Source: Amoebophrya sp. A120
Taxonomy: Eukaryota > Protista > Dinoflagellata
DNA length: 64,000 nucleotides
Assembly (NCBI GenBank): GCA_905178155.1
Contig: CAJINV010000005.1
Location: forward strand, 8,748,449-8,812,448
Reading direction: 5' to 3'
Shown: piece by piece, positions 61,846-64,000 of the stretch
How positions within the stretch are numbered: position 1 is the first letter of the stretch
Layout of the letters: every line of letters begins with the position of its first letter
Made by a program: the position numbers and the translations under genes
Notes under the pieces: model-generated
Seen by the model: the letters and a program-made list of their open reading frames with translations, nothing else
What the model was told of the DNA's origin: nothing
Database searches by the model: none

Positions 61846-64000
61846 CTAGCAGACGTGATTCCACAGCGTGATGTTTCGATACGTCGCGTTCTGCTTATTC
61901 GAATTCCACCCGTAATTCCACTTTTCATTCGACTTCAACATGGTCAATATCCGAAACGCGACTAATTTATCCTCCCCTCTCTCCCCGTTGTACAAATTCC
62001 ACTCCCGGCAGACAAACCTCCCAAACCACAGCCTCATGTTCGTCTTCTCCTCCTTCTGGTTGTCGTTTTTCCAGCCGTACTGGAGATTGGTCAAAAATTT
62101 TCCCCACCGGGCGCTGGGGACGGACCTGGGGTGGGTGTTGTCTTGGTACAGTTTCGGAATCAGGGCTGGTTCGTTGAAGTCCAAATTCCACTTCGCGTAG
62201 ATACCATTGGGAAAAATCACGGACATGACATCGACAGATGGGAAGGCTGATTGCTTCTTGTCGAATAGCCACGGGATTAACTTGTCGCTGTTGGATCGAT
62301 GTTCTGCGAAAACGGCAGTAGAAGATGTTGTAATATTGGTAGTCGTGTCGGAGGTTCTACTCGCACTTGCACCTGGTACTTCTATCCCGCGGCCCGCTTC
62401 TACTCCGCCGTAGACCGCAGGGGAGATATCCTGATAAAAACTTCGAGCTTCAGAAGCAAACTGCAAACGCCTTCGAACAAGCTTTCTTTGTATTTCGAGT
62501 GATATCACTCGAAATACAAAGAGAGCTTGTTCGAAGGCGTTACAGCTTGCTTCTGAAGCTCGAAAGTCGGTTTGCTGGAAATCATGCAAACTGTAAAGTT
62601 TGCATTTGTCATGCAAACTGTAAATAGACAATAGAATAGATATTGTCATGCAAACTGCAGAAGCTTGCACTTCTCGAGTCGACAGGTACAAGCTTTTACA
62701 GTTTCCAAACAGAGAAATCTTGGCAGTTGACAACTACATGGCACGAACGGCGGGGCTTTGGAACGTTTTGCGCAACAGTTGCAGGTGGGCTCGGCGCACC
62801 AGCACCAGAAGCCACGACCTCCTGATGCATCTGCGTGATCGCCCTTAATATTCGTCGACGGCAAACTAACCCGGAACGCGTGCGCGCGAAAGTCGTGTCA
62901 AAAAGTGCGACACAGCACACACATTCGGAGTGCGCAGATGAGCACAAGCTGCGCACTTTTTTCGCAGCAAAAACGTCAGAAATGTGAAAAAAGCTGTATT
63001 TTTATCAGCCTAAGAATTTTGGATTTTCCTACCCCCTAGGCACATTTGCACAGGATATTGTACCTCCTCGGACGATTCTACTCCGGCGTAGACCGCAGGG
63101 GAGATATCCGAGTAGTTGTAAGTCTTGAAAAACTCCTTCAAAACCAAGAGCTGGGAGCTGTTGGTCAAAACCTTGTCGCTGACGTTGAAAGACCTCATGC
63201 CGCTTCCAAACCTTGTCGCTTCCAATACCGTCTTCCACTTCTGAAAATTATCGACATCCTTCTTTAAAATTCCCGGCGCGATGATCCAACAGGGTTCGGT
63301 CTCGGGGCGTGGGGAAAAGACTTTCCAGTTTTGCTGGAAGTTCAATGCTTGGTAAACATTTAATTCCAGCGCTTTCTTACTCAACGTGATTCTTTTCCCA
63401 AGTTCGGTTTTGTTCCCCTCCTGTTCGTCGGAGCAGAAAGACGCAGAGTGCGCCAGCGGACTGCAATCGTACAAGACGTGGCCGTTGATCCAGCAAATTA
63501 GGAAAACGACGACGAAGGACCAGAACAGAGCGGAAAGGCGGGTGAGGAAGGGGATAGGGGTCGGAACAATAGAAGGTCCTATTGCGTCAACTGCACGACC
63601 GTGGAAGTGGTTGTCAGAGGCAGCTTCAGACGTTGACGAAGATGTTCTTGAAGCTGTTTTCGTCCTCGCACCGTTCGCCGGTTCAGTTTCTATTCTGCTG
63701 ATCTTTTTTCGCGTACTAGATGATGTTGAAGTTGACCTCTTATCTTTCTTGCCGCAACACGACAGTCTCGTCGCACGACAAGCCGTTCCAGCCAAAACGT
63801 CCGCAATTGTTATGAACTGCAAAAGTATCGTACTCGTATAAATGCATTTACAAATTTCCTCAGCGTGAGAAAAACATTTGTAATGCGGATTTGCTTCAAG
63901 AACAAGATTTGTAATGCATGACTGCAATACGAGTACGATACTTGCACAAGATAATCATCTTTGCGTACCCGTTCGGCAGAAACACGACCAACACCGACAT
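61846..64000 (-). CDS. 3' part of HTTM-domain-like membrane protein
   Basis: TM helix followed by LNFQQNWKVFSPRP, RWGKFLTNL and FGRFVCREWN, motifs I associate with HTTM-family C-termini. Confidence 0.6.
63811..63953. mobile_element. Introner, family A, opposite orientation
   Basis: TIR tgcaMaagtatcgtactcgta; flanks attgt/atcat. Confidence 0.85.

Overview
Eukaryotic genomic window, not prokaryotic. About 12 multi-exon genes or gene remnants all lie on the minus strand. They are interrupted by roughly 50 short elements (86-414 bp; two expanded to 1.2 and 2.5 kb) from at least five sequence families. These elements start TAT (occasionally CAT/GAT/TAG), end ATA, carry terminal inverted repeats and are flanked by 5-bp direct repeats. 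Removing an element plus exactly 5 nt restores the reading frame at nearly every junction I translated by hand, so they behave as transposon-derived, mostly non-GT-AG introns (introners). This architecture matches what is described for the syndinean dinoflagellate Amoebophrya; the organism assignment is my inference. Recognisable products: a Lys/Met-rich protein with a C-terminal RING finger, a protein kinase, a large signal-peptide GT8 glycosyltransferase, an HTTM-like membrane protein, and a tandem family of Tudor-like/coiled-coil proteins ending in FL..CK. The left 34 kb is a rearrangement hot spot with chimeric duplicated gene pieces, GC-rich islands, foldbacks and a ~175-bp satellite. I found no transposase. 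Exon coordinates were read by eye and may be off by a few bases.
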